Assembly: GCA_051953275.1 (NCBI GenBank)
Contig: JBQCIY010000056.1
Span: 1,197 to 65,196 of the forward strand
Source: Devosia sp.
Lineage (GTDB): Bacteria; Pseudomonadota; Alphaproteobacteria; Rhizobiales; Devosiaceae
Direction: 5' to 3'
Length of the DNA stretch: 64,000 nt
Positions 12,121 to 21,642 of this stretch are shown here, piece by piece. The translations under genes were made by a program, and so were the position numbers. Position 1 is the first letter of the stretch. Each line of letters starts with the position of its first letter. The notes under the pieces were generated by a model that was given only the letters and a program-made list of their open reading frames with translations, did not search any database and was not told the origin of the DNA.

Positions 12121-13316
12121 GCCTCAACGGCACGCGGCTGTCGCGAAGCGAACGGCGCGAGCTCGACGTGCTCGACGCCGGCATGCACCGCGTCCCCGAG
12201 TGGCTGCGCCCGGCGGCAGGCTGGAGCGACGCACCGGCCGCGACCGGTGGAGTCGTGTTCTGCAACAATATCGTCACGCCCTACACCAACCGGCTGTTCA
12301 ACGGCGCGGCGGAGGCGGGGCTGAAGCTGACGGTGGTCTCGGCCGCCGAAACCGAACCGAACCGGGCGTGGGGCGCGCTGGCCGAGAAGCGCTACGACCA
12401 CGTGGTGCTGCCGGGCCGACGGCTGCAACTCGGACCGGGGCGGTTCGCGCATTTCAATTCCGGCATCTTCCGCACCCTCAACGCGCTGAAGCCGCGGCTG
12501 CTGGTGATCAACGGGTTCTATCCCACGATGCTGGTCGCGGCACTGTGGGCGATGCTGACGCACACGCGGATGGTGCTGTCGATCGACGGCTGGGCCGAGA
12601 CGATGCCGAACTCGATTTACCACCGGCTGGTGCGGCCGTTCGTCCTGCGGCACGTCGAGCGGGTGATCGTGCCGGGCCGCAAGGGGCGCGAATACTTCCG
12701 CGGCCAGGGGATCGGCTACGACCGGATCGCGACGGTGCCGCTGGTGCCGGCGTGGGACGCGCCGGATGCGGTGCCCGCGATGGCCGGGCGGCGGTTCGAC
12801 CTGTTGTGGTGCGGACATCTCAACAACGATGCCAAGAACGCTGCGTTTCTCGTCGCGGTGTGCCGTGAGCTCAAGGCGACGATGCCGGAGCTGAGTGTGC
12901 GGATCGTCGGACAAGGGCCAGCGGAGGCGGAGACGCTGAAAGCGCTCGCGACGGTCGGCGTGAACGTGGTGCATGATCGGGCGCTGCCGTGGGACCGGAT
13001 GGGGGAGGTGTTTTCGAGCAGCAAGCTGCTGGTGTTTCCGTCGTTGTGGGAGCCGTGGGGGCTGGTGTGCAACGAAGCCATGCAGTGCGGCACGCCGGTG
13101 CTGGTATCGCCGCATGTGGGCGCCGGCGACGACCTCGTGCGGACCGGCGAAACCGGCGCCGTGCTGCCGCTCGATGCGGTGACGTGGGCGGGCGAGATCC
13201 GGCGGCTGCTCGGGAATGAGCGCGACTGGACGCGGCTCTCGGGCCATGCGCGCGCCGAAATGCAGACACGGCCGCTGAGTGCTTCGATCGCGGCGTTCGT
13301 TGCCGCACTCGCATGA
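12117..13316 (+). CDS. GT4-like glycosyltransferase
   Basis: FPSLWEPWGLVCNEAMQCGTPV (EX7E) motif; ATGA overlap with the upstream gene. Confidence 0.85.
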   Translation: MSLNGTRLSRSERRELDVLDAGMHRVPEWLRPAAGWSDAPAATGGVVFCNNIVTPYTNRLFNGAAEAGLKLTVVSAAETEPNRAWGALAEKRYDHVVLPGRRLQLGPGRFAHFNSGIFRTLNALKPRLLVINGFYPTMLVAALWAMLTHTRMVLSIDGWAETMPNSIYHRLVRPFVLRHVERVIVPGRKGREYFRGQGIGYDRIATVPLVPAWDAPDAVPAMAGRRFDLLWCGHLNNDAKNAAFLVAVCRELKATMPELSVRIVGQGPAEAETLKALATVGVNVVHDRALPWDRMGEVFSSSKLLVFPSLWEPWGLVCNEAMQCGTPVLVSPHVGAGDDLVRTGETGAVLPLDAVTWAGEIRRLLGNERDWTRLSGHARAEMQTRPLSASIAAFVAALA

Positions 13317-14494
13317 AGCTGCTGATCCTCCACAACCGCTACCAGCGGGCGGGCGGCGAGGATGCCGTGGTCACCAACGAGACCGCGATGCTGCGCGCGG
13401 CGGGGCACGACGTGCACCTCGAGCTGGTCAGCAACGACAGCATCGGCGGGCTCGGCAGCAAGGTGCGGACGCTGCTCGCGACGCCCTACGATGCACGCCG
13501 GACGACGTGGATGCATGAGCTGCTCGAGCGCACCGGAGCGGACCTGGTGCATATCCACAATTTCTTCCCGCTGCTGACGCCGGCGGTACATGAAGCGGCC
13601 GCGGCGCATGGCGTGCCGGTGGTGCAGACGCTGCACAATTACCGGCTGATCTGCGCCGGTGCGATGCTGATGCGCGACGGCGAGGTGTGCGAGACCTGCG
13701 TGAGCGGCAATCGCGCCGCGGCCGTGGTGCACCGGTGCTATCGCGGCTCGGTCGCCGGATCGGCGGCGGTGGTGGCGATGCAGAACCGGGCCGCGCGAGC
13801 GGGCACGTGGGGCCGCGCGGTGACGCGGTTCATCGCGCTGACCGAGTTTGCGCGGCAAAAATTCATCGAAGGCGGCCTGCCGGCGGAGCGGATCGTGGTC
13901 AAGCCGAATGCCTTGACGGCGCCGGCCTTGAGCGATGGGAGGCGCAGCGGCGCGCTGTTCGTCGGGCGACTGTCGCCGGAGAAGGGCGCGGCGGTGCTGC
14001 TGCGTGCCTGGCGCGAGGTAAGCGGCATGGCGCTCACCGTCATCGGCGACGGGCCGGAGCGCGCGGCGCTCGAGGCGATGGCGCCGGACAACGTGACCTT
14101 CCTCGGACAGCTGGGGCCGGACAAGGTTGCCGAGCACATGCGTTCGGCGCAGATGCTGATCGTGCCGTCGGTCTGGTACGAGGGCTTTCCGATGACCATC
14201 ATCGAGGCGTTCGCGGCGGGGCTGCCGGTGATCGCCTCGGACCTGGGATCGCTGCGCGAGATCGTGACCGACGGCGTGCTCGGGCGGCGCTTCGCGCCGA
14301 AGGATCATGCGGCGCTGGCCGGGATCATCAACAGCGCTGCGGCGCAGCCGGAGCAGCTTGCGGGGTGGGGCCGGGCGGCGCGCGCCGCCTACGAGCAGCG
14401 CTACACGGCGGCGCAGAACCTCACGATGCTCGAGGCGATCTACCGCGACGCACTCACGGAGCGGAGGCCGCGCCTCACGCCCAGCGCGGCATAA
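13313..14494 (+). CDS. GT4 glycosyltransferase
   Basis: GGED, FVGRLSPEKG, PSVWYEGFPMTIIEAFAAGLPV. Confidence 0.92.
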   Translation: MKLLILHNRYQRAGGEDAVVTNETAMLRAAGHDVHLELVSNDSIGGLGSKVRTLLATPYDARRTTWMHELLERTGADLVHIHNFFPLLTPAVHEAAAAHGVPVVQTLHNYRLICAGAMLMRDGEVCETCVSGNRAAAVVHRCYRGSVAGSAAVVAMQNRAARAGTWGRAVTRFIALTEFARQKFIEGGLPAERIVVKPNALTAPALSDGRRSGALFVGRLSPEKGAAVLLRAWREVSGMALTVIGDGPERAALEAMAPDNVTFLGQLGPDKVAEHMRSAQMLIVPSVWYEGFPMTIIEAFAAGLPVIASDLGSLREIVTDGVLGRRFAPKDHAALAGIINSAAAQPEQLAGWGRAARAAYEQRYTAAQNLTMLEAIYRDALTERRPRLTPSAA

Positions 14495-15173
14495 GGACCG
14501 GGGTATCGCGCAGGCGGTGCCACTGGCCGCGCAGCCAGTCGCGCTGCGTCGGGGGGCGTCTGGACAGCTCGACGATCGAGGTGTTGACGGCTGGGTCGCT
14601 GGCGACGGCGACGCGGTCGCGCAGTACGCCGCCGGTGACGGCGAAGCCGCCGTTGCAGGTATAGACTTCGCGCATCTGCTTTTCGGCGAGGAGCCGCAGC
14701 ACCGACGCGTTGTACTGGCCAAAGGGCGGGGCCGCGGCGGTCACCGGGGCGCCAAGCAGGTCCTCGAGCTCGGCGATGCCGCGCAGGATGTCGTCGCGGT
14801 AGTCGGGATTGCGCGTCCACGAGACGTGATTGGTCCCATGCGTGCCGATGCGCATGCCGAGCGCGTGCATCTCGCGCAGCTGTGCGGCGGTCAGGCGGCC
14901 TGGCCGGCCGAGGAAGGCGGTGGGAACAAAGAAGCTTGCGGTGCGGCCGTGCTCGAGGAGCCAGGGCAGCAGCAAGGTGTAGTCGGAAATGAACGCATCG
15001 TCGCAGGTGAGCTCGACTGGAATGCCGCTCTGCCGGGCGTTTCGCTCCACGGCATCGTAGAGCTGAACGAAGTGGTCGAACGGCATCCAGGCGACCAGCT
15101 CGTCGCCGGTGGCGATGGGGTCGGGCGACAGGTCGTGGGTGCCGAGCACCAGCCGAAAGCGGTCCGTGTGCAT
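14475..15173 (-). CDS. Polysaccharide deacetylase (NodB/CE4-like)
   Basis: LTCDDAF, ASFFVPT, IGTHGTNH and PPFG motifs. Confidence 0.82.
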   Translation of the reverse strand: MHTDRFRLVLGTHDLSPDPIATGDELVAWMPFDHFVQLYDAVERNARQSGIPVELTCDDAFISDYTLLLPWLLEHGRTASFFVPTAFLGRPGRLTAAQLREMHALGMRIGTHGTNHVSWTRNPDYRDDILRGIAELEDLLGAPVTAAAPPFGQYNASVLRLLAEKQMREVYTCNGGFAVTGGVLRDRVAVASDPAVNTSIVELSRRPPTQRDWLRGQWHRLRDTPVLMPRWA

Positions 15174-15174
15174 G

Positions 15175-16095
15175 TTATCCTCCAAGCTTCCAGGCATTGC
15201 CCGGCTGCAAGCCAAACAGGCCCTGCAGCTTGCCGACGTTCGATGAGAGTTTCATGCGCATCCGGAAGGAGCGCGTGCGATCGACAGGACGCAGCACGGC
15301 CGTGGCGATCGCAGCGATGGCGAGCTTGGCGGCGGCGTCGATGGCGAAGCCGATGCGCCGCGACAGGCCGGCGCCGCGCAGGACGTTGCGGGCGTAGAGC
15401 CCGCCGGTCCGCGCCATGCGGCCGAGCGTGTAGCCCGCGGTGGCGCGTTCGAGCGGGACGTCTTCCCAGGCTTTGGCGCGATCGGTGACGACCAGGGTGG
15501 CGCCGGCGGCGGCCATGCGGCGGAAGAAATCGTCGTCCTCGCCGCCGGTGCGGCCATAGGCGGGATCGAAGCTGAGGCCGCGCTCGCGAATGCTGGCGGC
15601 GCGGATCAGCGTGTTGCCGGACTGGCCGTGCACGACGCGCCGGCCGCGATCGGCCCAGCCCAGATCGTGGAACATCGGGTCGGCCTGGCGGAACCAGGCC
15701 GGGGTCGAGTCAGGATAGACGGGGTAGACGGGGCCGAAGACGGCATCGGCGCCGAACTCGCGGGCGGCGGCGAGATGCTGGACCAGCCAGTCGCGATCGA
15801 CCCACTCGTCGTCGTCGACGAGCAGGAGCCAGTCGCCGTGGGCCGCCTCGACGGTGGCGTTGCGGGCGATCGCGACGTTGCCGGCGCCGACCGGGACGAC
15901 GCGGATGACGAGCCCGGTCTTGTAGGTCGAGAGCAGCTTTGCGACGTCGCCGGTCTTGCTGTCGTCGGCGATGACGATCTCGAGGTCAAGTGCGTCGGGC
16001 AGCGTCGCGGCCTCGATGCTGGCGAGGGTGCGCAGCAGCGACGGCCGGCCGAGGCTGGCGATAAGGATGGAGAGGAGCTCGCGGGGTCCGGTCAT
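15175..16095 (-). CDS. GT2 glycosyltransferase (ExoM-like)
   Basis: ARN, LVDDDEW and FDPAYGRTGGEDDDFF motifs. Confidence 0.88.
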   Translation of the reverse strand: MTGPRELLSILIASLGRPSLLRTLASIEAATLPDALDLEIVIADDSKTGDVAKLLSTYKTGLVIRVVPVGAGNVAIARNATVEAAHGDWLLLVDDDEWVDRDWLVQHLAAAREFGADAVFGPVYPVYPDSTPAWFRQADPMFHDLGWADRGRRVVHGQSGNTLIRAASIRERGLSFDPAYGRTGGEDDDFFRRMAAAGATLVVTDRAKAWEDVPLERATAGYTLGRMARTGGLYARNVLRGAGLSRRIGFAIDAAAKLAIAAIATAVLRPVDRTRSFRMRMKLSSNVGKLQGLFGLQPGNAWKLGG

Positions 16096-17417
16096 CGCGT
16101 GGCCCGTATGAGCATGGTGGGCTGCAGGGTCGGGCGGCCGGCGATGGCCGTGGCGACGAAGGAGAGGAAGATCACGGTGCCCGGATCCAGCGGGTCGAAC
16201 CAGTTGGTCTCGAGCAGATTGTTCAGCATCTCGTAGAGCATGAGACCGGTGAGCAGCCAGCCGATGACCGGCGATTCATCGGTGGCGCGACTGATCCAGC
16301 GGCAGACCATCAGCACCATCGCGACGAACAGGCCGAAGCCGACGAAGCCGCCCTCGAGCAGCAGGTCGAGGTAGCCCTCATGGTCGTGGGGCGTGCGCTG
16401 CAGGAAGCCGGGCGCCCCCTGCCAGGCGGGAGAGGCGTCGCCGACCTGCCAGAAGGAGTGGAAGCCGTAGCCGAACCACGGCTGCTCGGCGATCTTCTGC
16501 ACCGCGAAGGTCCACAGGTCGGTACGGCCGGTGAAGGTCGGATCGCCGGTCACGATCATCGAGATCGCGGTGGGCGAGACCTCGAACATGCCGCTGAACA
16601 GGACGTAGCAGATGACGATGCCGAGGAGGCCGAGCACCACCGGCATGGTGAGCCGCAGATAGATGCGGGCGAGGGCGAAGCCTGCCGCGAGCACCGGGAC
16701 GATGAGAGTCAGGCCGAGGGCCGTCTTGGCCTGGCTGCGATAGAGCACGTAGAGAGCGATGGGCACCAGCACGGCGGAAACGATGCGGTAGAACTTTTCG
16801 GGGCGCGCCATGCCGTAGACGAGGAACAGGGTGCAGAAGGCCGCGGCGCCGCCGAGCGAGTTCTTGTGCGAGTAGATGCCGGCGTGGCCGATGGGCGTGG
16901 GCGGCGTCAGCAGGACGAAAGCGAGGTTGATCAGCAGGGTCGCGACCGCGACCCAGAACATCGGCGTCAGGTAGCGCTCTGCCGACTGGATGACGGAGAC
17001 CGCCGGGACGATCGCCGCGATGACCAGGAGGAAGACGATGAACTTGCTGATGGACGTCGAGGGATCGATGGCCCAGACGCTGCTCAGGCCGCAATAGGAG
17101 ACGAAGGCGAGGAGCGGCAGCGCCAGCAACAGGTTGACGTGCGGCGCCCGCTCGCGCTCGAGCACGTACATCAGCATCGACACCGCGGCCATGAGCGGGA
17201 AGAAGATGCGGTTGAGGAGCGACGGCTCGGCCGCCTGAACCGGGCCCGGCGTGCCGGAGTCGGCGGCGACGAAGTGGCCGTAATAGCCGAGCGGATAGAT
17301 GATCAGCGTGTAGGCGAGGATCGCCACCGGGATCGCGATGCAGATCAACTGCCGGTAGTTGGGCCGGACCTCGATCCGCCAGAGCGAACGATCGTGGGCA
17401 AGCTCGGCGGTGCTCAT
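16092..17417 (-). CDS. Wzy polymerase / O-antigen ligase family protein (ExoQ-like)
   Basis: GIYSHKNSLG, TFTGRTDLW, PWFGYG, H..YLDLLLEGG; multiple TM segments. Confidence 0.85.
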   Translation of the reverse strand: MSTAELAHDRSLWRIEVRPNYRQLICIAIPVAILAYTLIIYPLGYYGHFVAADSGTPGPVQAAEPSLLNRIFFPLMAAVSMLMYVLERERAPHVNLLLALPLLAFVSYCGLSSVWAIDPSTSISKFIVFLLVIAAIVPAVSVIQSAERYLTPMFWVAVATLLINLAFVLLTPPTPIGHAGIYSHKNSLGGAAAFCTLFLVYGMARPEKFYRIVSAVLVPIALYVLYRSQAKTALGLTLIVPVLAAGFALARIYLRLTMPVVLGLLGIVICYVLFSGMFEVSPTAISMIVTGDPTFTGRTDLWTFAVQKIAEQPWFGYGFHSFWQVGDASPAWQGAPGFLQRTPHDHEGYLDLLLEGGFVGFGLFVAMVLMVCRWISRATDESPVIGWLLTGLMLYEMLNNLLETNWFDPLDPGTVIFLSFVATAIAGRPTLQPTMLIRATR

Positions 17418-17422
17418 CGCCG

Positions 17423-19042
17423 TTACCGGAACAGTCCGGCCATGTTCTGCCGGGTCGCCATGGCGGGAATGGCCTGCGCATCACCGGCGGCGGAGGCGGC
17501 CTCGCGTGGCTGGCGGCGGCCGAACGGCGTGGTGGCCGGCCCAATGCCGCGGCGCGGCGGCGCCGGTGCGGGCTCGAGCGGCGCGGCGACACGGACCCGG
17601 CGCCGGACGGAGAGCAGGTGCAGCAGCCAGGCGAGGCCAACGCCGAGCGCGAGGCCGACGCCGAAGGCCGTGCCGAGGACGAGGGCCGGGCGCGGATCGG
17701 ACGGCTGCGGGCTCGGTTCGGCCGGGGAAATGACCCGGATGGTGGTGGTGGGCAGGTCGACCTGCTCGCGGGCCTGGGCGGCGCGCTGGGCGAACGAATC
17801 GTACAGGGTATGGGCGTTGTCGGCGGCGGTCTGCAGCGCCTTGAGCTGGATGCCGGCCTCGTTGGAATCGGCCTGGCGCTGCTCGTACTGGGTCAGCAGG
17901 GTCTGGAGGCGCTTCTGCGCGTCGAGCGCGGCCTGGTAGTCGCTGGCGGCCCGGCCTTCGATGCGGTTGAATTCCTGGAGCAGCGCAGTTTCGAGCGCCT
18001 GCCGCTTCTGGCGGGCGAGGATCAGGGTCGGATGCTGCCGGCCGTAGATGCCGGCGAGGCTCTGCTCGTCGGCGACGGCCTGATCGAGCTGGGCCCGCAG
18101 CGCCTCGGCTGTGGGCGAAGTCATGACGTTGGTCGCGGCGAGGGCCGAGGCCGGCAGCCCCTTGAGGCGATCGATCTCGGCAAGATGGGCCCGGGCGGTC
18201 TGGGCATCGACGCTGGCCTTGGTGACTTCGTCGTTGAGATCGCGCAGCTGCTGCTCGTCGACGGTGACGCCGGCGGCGGCGATCAGGCCGTGGTCGCGGC
18301 GGTAGGCCTCGAGTGCCTGCTGGGCCTGGTCGGAGCTCGCCTTGAGCTGGGCGAGGCGGGCAGTGAGGGCATCGGCGGTGCTGCGGGTTTCCTGATTGAC
18401 CGCGTCCTGGCCCTGCGAGACGTAGGCCGCGGCGATGGCATTGGCGATATCGGCGGCGCGCTGCGAGGAATCCGAAGTGACGGTGACGCGCAGCACGTAG
18501 GTATTGCCGAGGCGTTCGATCTTGAGGGACGACTGCAGCGCCGCGAGCGTGCGGTCGAACGGCGTGCCGGCCTCGAAGTCGGACTGGTTCGGGCCGTAGA
18601 GCAGGGTCCTGGCCAGCGAGGCGACGCCGCCGAAGATGGAGGCGTGCGCGGGCTTGGCCGGCAATTGGTCGAGATCGAGCTTGTGAATGACCTGGGTCAG
18701 CAGCGTGCGCGAGGAGAGCAACTGTACCTGGCTGTCGACGAGGCCGGTATCGGAGCCGAGCGAGGAGGAGCCCAGGCCCGTCGGCACGACATCGAGCCCG
18801 ACGATGGTGCGCGGGCGCGGGTCCATCAGGATATCGACGGCGGATTTGTAGCTGGGGGTCGCCTGCCACATATAGGCGATGCCGCCACCGAGGCAGACGA
18901 TCACGACGGCGAGGATCAGCATCCAGCGCGAGCCGAGGGCCTCGGCCACCACCCGCAGATCCTCCTTGAGGCTGGGGCGGGTACCGATGTCCCCGGGCAA
19001 TTGTGCCGCGCTAATCCGAATGTCGCCGCCGCGCAAATCCAT
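17423..19042 (-). CDS. Polysaccharide co-polymerase (GumC/Wzz/ExoP N-terminal-like), no kinase domain
   Basis: N- and C-terminal TM helices, SQVQLLSS, coiled coil with YGRQHP, Pro-rich ISPAEPSPQPSDPRP. Confidence 0.85.
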   Translation of the reverse strand: MDLRGGDIRISAAQLPGDIGTRPSLKEDLRVVAEALGSRWMLILAVVIVCLGGGIAYMWQATPSYKSAVDILMDPRPRTIVGLDVVPTGLGSSSLGSDTGLVDSQVQLLSSRTLLTQVIHKLDLDQLPAKPAHASIFGGVASLARTLLYGPNQSDFEAGTPFDRTLAALQSSLKIERLGNTYVLRVTVTSDSSQRAADIANAIAAAYVSQGQDAVNQETRSTADALTARLAQLKASSDQAQQALEAYRRDHGLIAAAGVTVDEQQLRDLNDEVTKASVDAQTARAHLAEIDRLKGLPASALAATNVMTSPTAEALRAQLDQAVADEQSLAGIYGRQHPTLILARQKRQALETALLQEFNRIEGRAASDYQAALDAQKRLQTLLTQYEQRQADSNEAGIQLKALQTAADNAHTLYDSFAQRAAQAREQVDLPTTTIRVISPAEPSPQPSDPRPALVLGTAFGVGLALGVGLAWLLHLLSVRRRVRVAAPLEPAPAPPRRGIGPATTPFGRRQPREAASAAGDAQAIPAMATRQNMAGLFR

Positions 19043-19192
19043 CTGAAGTCCGTCCGCCGAAATTCTTCTATATCGCCGGTAAGTTAAGGCTTTCGGAGTC
19101 GCTGGGCGACTACGGCCTTCACTTCTGGTTAACCGCGATGCCGGTGCAGCTAGACTGATATTTTAAGCAAATTGCGCAGGTCTCGGGGCCGG

Positions 19193-20653
19193 TCAGAATG
19201 CCTTGCGGTGGGTGGAGACGGAAAACACGGTCAGAACGATGATCCACAGATCGAGGATCAGCGACCAGTTATCGATATAGTGGAGGTCGTGCAGGGTGCG
19301 GCCTTCGACGGCGTCGAAGGTGTCGGTCTCGCCGCGGAAGCCGTTGACCTGGGCCCAGCCGGTGATGCCCGGCTTGATGCGCTGGCGATGGGCATAGGTG
19401 GCGAGCAGGCGGCCGAGCTGCGCATCGTGGCTGATGGCGTGCGGGCGCGGGCCGACGATCGACATCTGGCCGAGCAGCACGTTAACGAGCTGCGGCAGCT
19501 CGTCGATGGAGGTGGCACGGATGATGCGGCCGACGCGCGTGATGCGGGCGTCGCCGCGCGTCGCCTGGACCATGGCGTAGCCGCTCTCGGTGACGGACAT
19601 CGAGCGGAACTTCCAGATCATGAAGCTCTCGCCATTGAAGCCGCGACGGGCCTGGCGGTAGATCACCGGGCCGGGGGTTTCGAGCTTGATCAGGAGCGCG
19701 ACCAGGGCGAAGAGCGGGGACAGCAGGACGAGGCCGATGCTGGCGAGAACGATGTCCATCGCGCGCTTGGTGAACACCGCGAAATCGCTCAGCGGCTTGC
19801 GGATAAAGCGCAGGGCGTTGTTGGCGCCGATCGGCACGACGTCGAGGAATTTGAGGGTGCGGTTGGTAGTGGCCGGAGCATAGACGATGTTGAGGGCGAA
19901 GCGCTTCATCTCGACGACGAGGTGCTCCATCGCATCGAGATCGTGCAGCGCCGCGACGATGACCATGGAGTCGGTGCGCTGCTGCACGCTCTTTTTGGCG
20001 AACTCGGCGACGGCTTCGAGGTCGAGCCTGCCGTCGGTGGTGACGTCCTCGAGGTAGAGCGTGTCGGTGACGTGATGGCCCTGGCGCCAGAGATCGCCGT
20101 TGAGCAGGAAGTTCACCACGTCGAGCCGGCTGCCGATGACGGCGACGCGCTGGTAGTGGAGCTCGCCACGGTTGATGCGGTCGGCGACGAGGGACAGGCC
20201 GTAGCTGCGCAGCGAGAGCATCAGCGGAATGCCGGTGAGGTAGGCGGTGGTGAGCGAGACGCGCGACAGATCGCCGATCGAGCCGAGAAGGAACGCACTC
20301 AGCAGGGTGAGGGCGAGGGCCGCGGTCCAGCCGTAGAAGGCGTCGGGCATGGTGGAGCGGTGGCCGGGATCGGACTGGTCGAGGAAGCGATTGGTGGCAA
20401 CGACCGAGAAGGCGCCGTAGAGCACGCCGCCAAGTGCAGCGAACAGGAGGTAGAGCGGCCAGGCGAACTCGCCGATGGCGGTGTGAAGCACCAGCAGGTG
20501 GTAGGCGAGGGCACTGCCGAGCACGACGGTCGCGGCGGTTGCGCCCTCGACCGAGGCGATCAGGAGCGCGAGCGGCGTGCGACCGATGATCGGGGTGGCG
20601 AGATCGCGGCGGACGAAGTCGCGGGCAAAGAGGTTGGTCTCGATGGTGGACAT
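19193..20653 (-). CDS. Priming undecaprenyl-phosphate glycosylphosphotransferase (WcaJ-like)
   Basis: KRAMDI, KFRSM, DELPQLVNVLLGQMSIVGPRP, KPGITGWAQV. Confidence 0.93.
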   Translation of the reverse strand: MSTIETNLFARDFVRRDLATPIIGRTPLALLIASVEGATAATVVLGSALAYHLLVLHTAIGEFAWPLYLLFAALGGVLYGAFSVVATNRFLDQSDPGHRSTMPDAFYGWTAALALTLLSAFLLGSIGDLSRVSLTTAYLTGIPLMLSLRSYGLSLVADRINRGELHYQRVAVIGSRLDVVNFLLNGDLWRQGHHVTDTLYLEDVTTDGRLDLEAVAEFAKKSVQQRTDSMVIVAALHDLDAMEHLVVEMKRFALNIVYAPATTNRTLKFLDVVPIGANNALRFIRKPLSDFAVFTKRAMDIVLASIGLVLLSPLFALVALLIKLETPGPVIYRQARRGFNGESFMIWKFRSMSVTESGYAMVQATRGDARITRVGRIIRATSIDELPQLVNVLLGQMSIVGPRPHAISHDAQLGRLLATYAHRQRIKPGITGWAQVNGFRGETDTFDAVEGRTLHDLHYIDNWSLILDLWIIVLTVFSVSTHRKAF

Positions 20654-21642
20654 CAGAGGGTCACCTCGCCTACGGGCTCGACCAGCTGCGGGCCGGCGTG
20701 GAGATATCGGGTGGCCCTGCGCTTGGACTGGATGTCGGACCAGACGTGCCAGACCTGCGCTTCGGTGAGGCCGGCGGCGCGCGCCACATCGGCGGCGGGT
20801 ACGTCGTGGTTGAGCCCGTAGAGGCAGAGGTCCATGCGGTCGTAAGGCAGGGCGAAGTAGAACTCTTCCTGGCTCTGCGGCAGCGAATAGGTGTCGGTGG
20901 TGGGCGGCCGCCGGCGGATCTCGGCGGGGACCCCAAGGTAGCCGGCGAGCGCATAGACCTGCGACTTGTAGAGGTGGGCGATCGGCTTGACGTCGGCGGC
21001 GCCGTCGCCGTTCTTGACGAAGAAGCCCTGGTCGTATTCGAGCCGGTTGGGCGTGCCGAGGACGGCGAAGTTCAGCCGGTCGGCGTGGTAGTATTCGAGC
21101 TGCTTACGGGTGCGCTGCTTCATATTGGTGGCGGCGACGACACCGAGGTAGACGGCAAGCGGCATGCGGTGGGTGCTGCGCTTGCCGGCCGGATCCTGCA
21201 CGACGAGCGAAGAGATGTTGTAGCCGCCCTCGGCCTGGCCGATGACGACTTTGCAGGCCCAGCCATCGCCATAGGCGGGAACAATCTCGCGGATGGCGGC
21301 GTCGCGGCGGGCATAGCAGCCGAGGCCGTCGAGCACCGGGCCGATATCCTCGACGATGCCCTCGACGCCGAAGGCGGCGGCGACCAGGCGGCCGAGCTCC
21401 AGGCTTTCCGGATCGGAATCGCGCTCCGGCATGTAGAGGGCCTGGACATTGTCGGCGCCGACGGCGCGGACAGCAAGGGCGAGGCTCACCGAGGAATCGA
21501 TGCCGCCCGACAGGCCAAGAACGAGGCCGCGCTTGCGCTGCGTGCGGAGCTGGGCGCGCAGGGCCGCGACGATCTTTTCGGTTTCGACGGCCGGATCGAG
21601 GGCGAGGGTTGCAGCCGAGAAACGGGGGAGGACGTCGAGCAT
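20653..21642 (-). CDS. NadE-like (NH3-dependent NAD synthetase family) ATP pyrophosphatase
   Basis: GLSGGIDSS PP-loop, GTPNRLE, GFFVKNGDG, PIAHLYKSQVY. Confidence 0.88.
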   Translation of the reverse strand: MLDVLPRFSAATLALDPAVETEKIVAALRAQLRTQRKRGLVLGLSGGIDSSVSLALAVRAVGADNVQALYMPERDSDPESLELGRLVAAAFGVEGIVEDIGPVLDGLGCYARRDAAIREIVPAYGDGWACKVVIGQAEGGYNISSLVVQDPAGKRSTHRMPLAVYLGVVAATNMKQRTRKQLEYYHADRLNFAVLGTPNRLEYDQGFFVKNGDGAADVKPIAHLYKSQVYALAGYLGVPAEIRRRPPTTDTYSLPQSQEEFYFALPYDRMDLCLYGLNHDVPAADVARAAGLTEAQVWHVWSDIQSKRRATRYLHAGPQLVEPVGEVTL

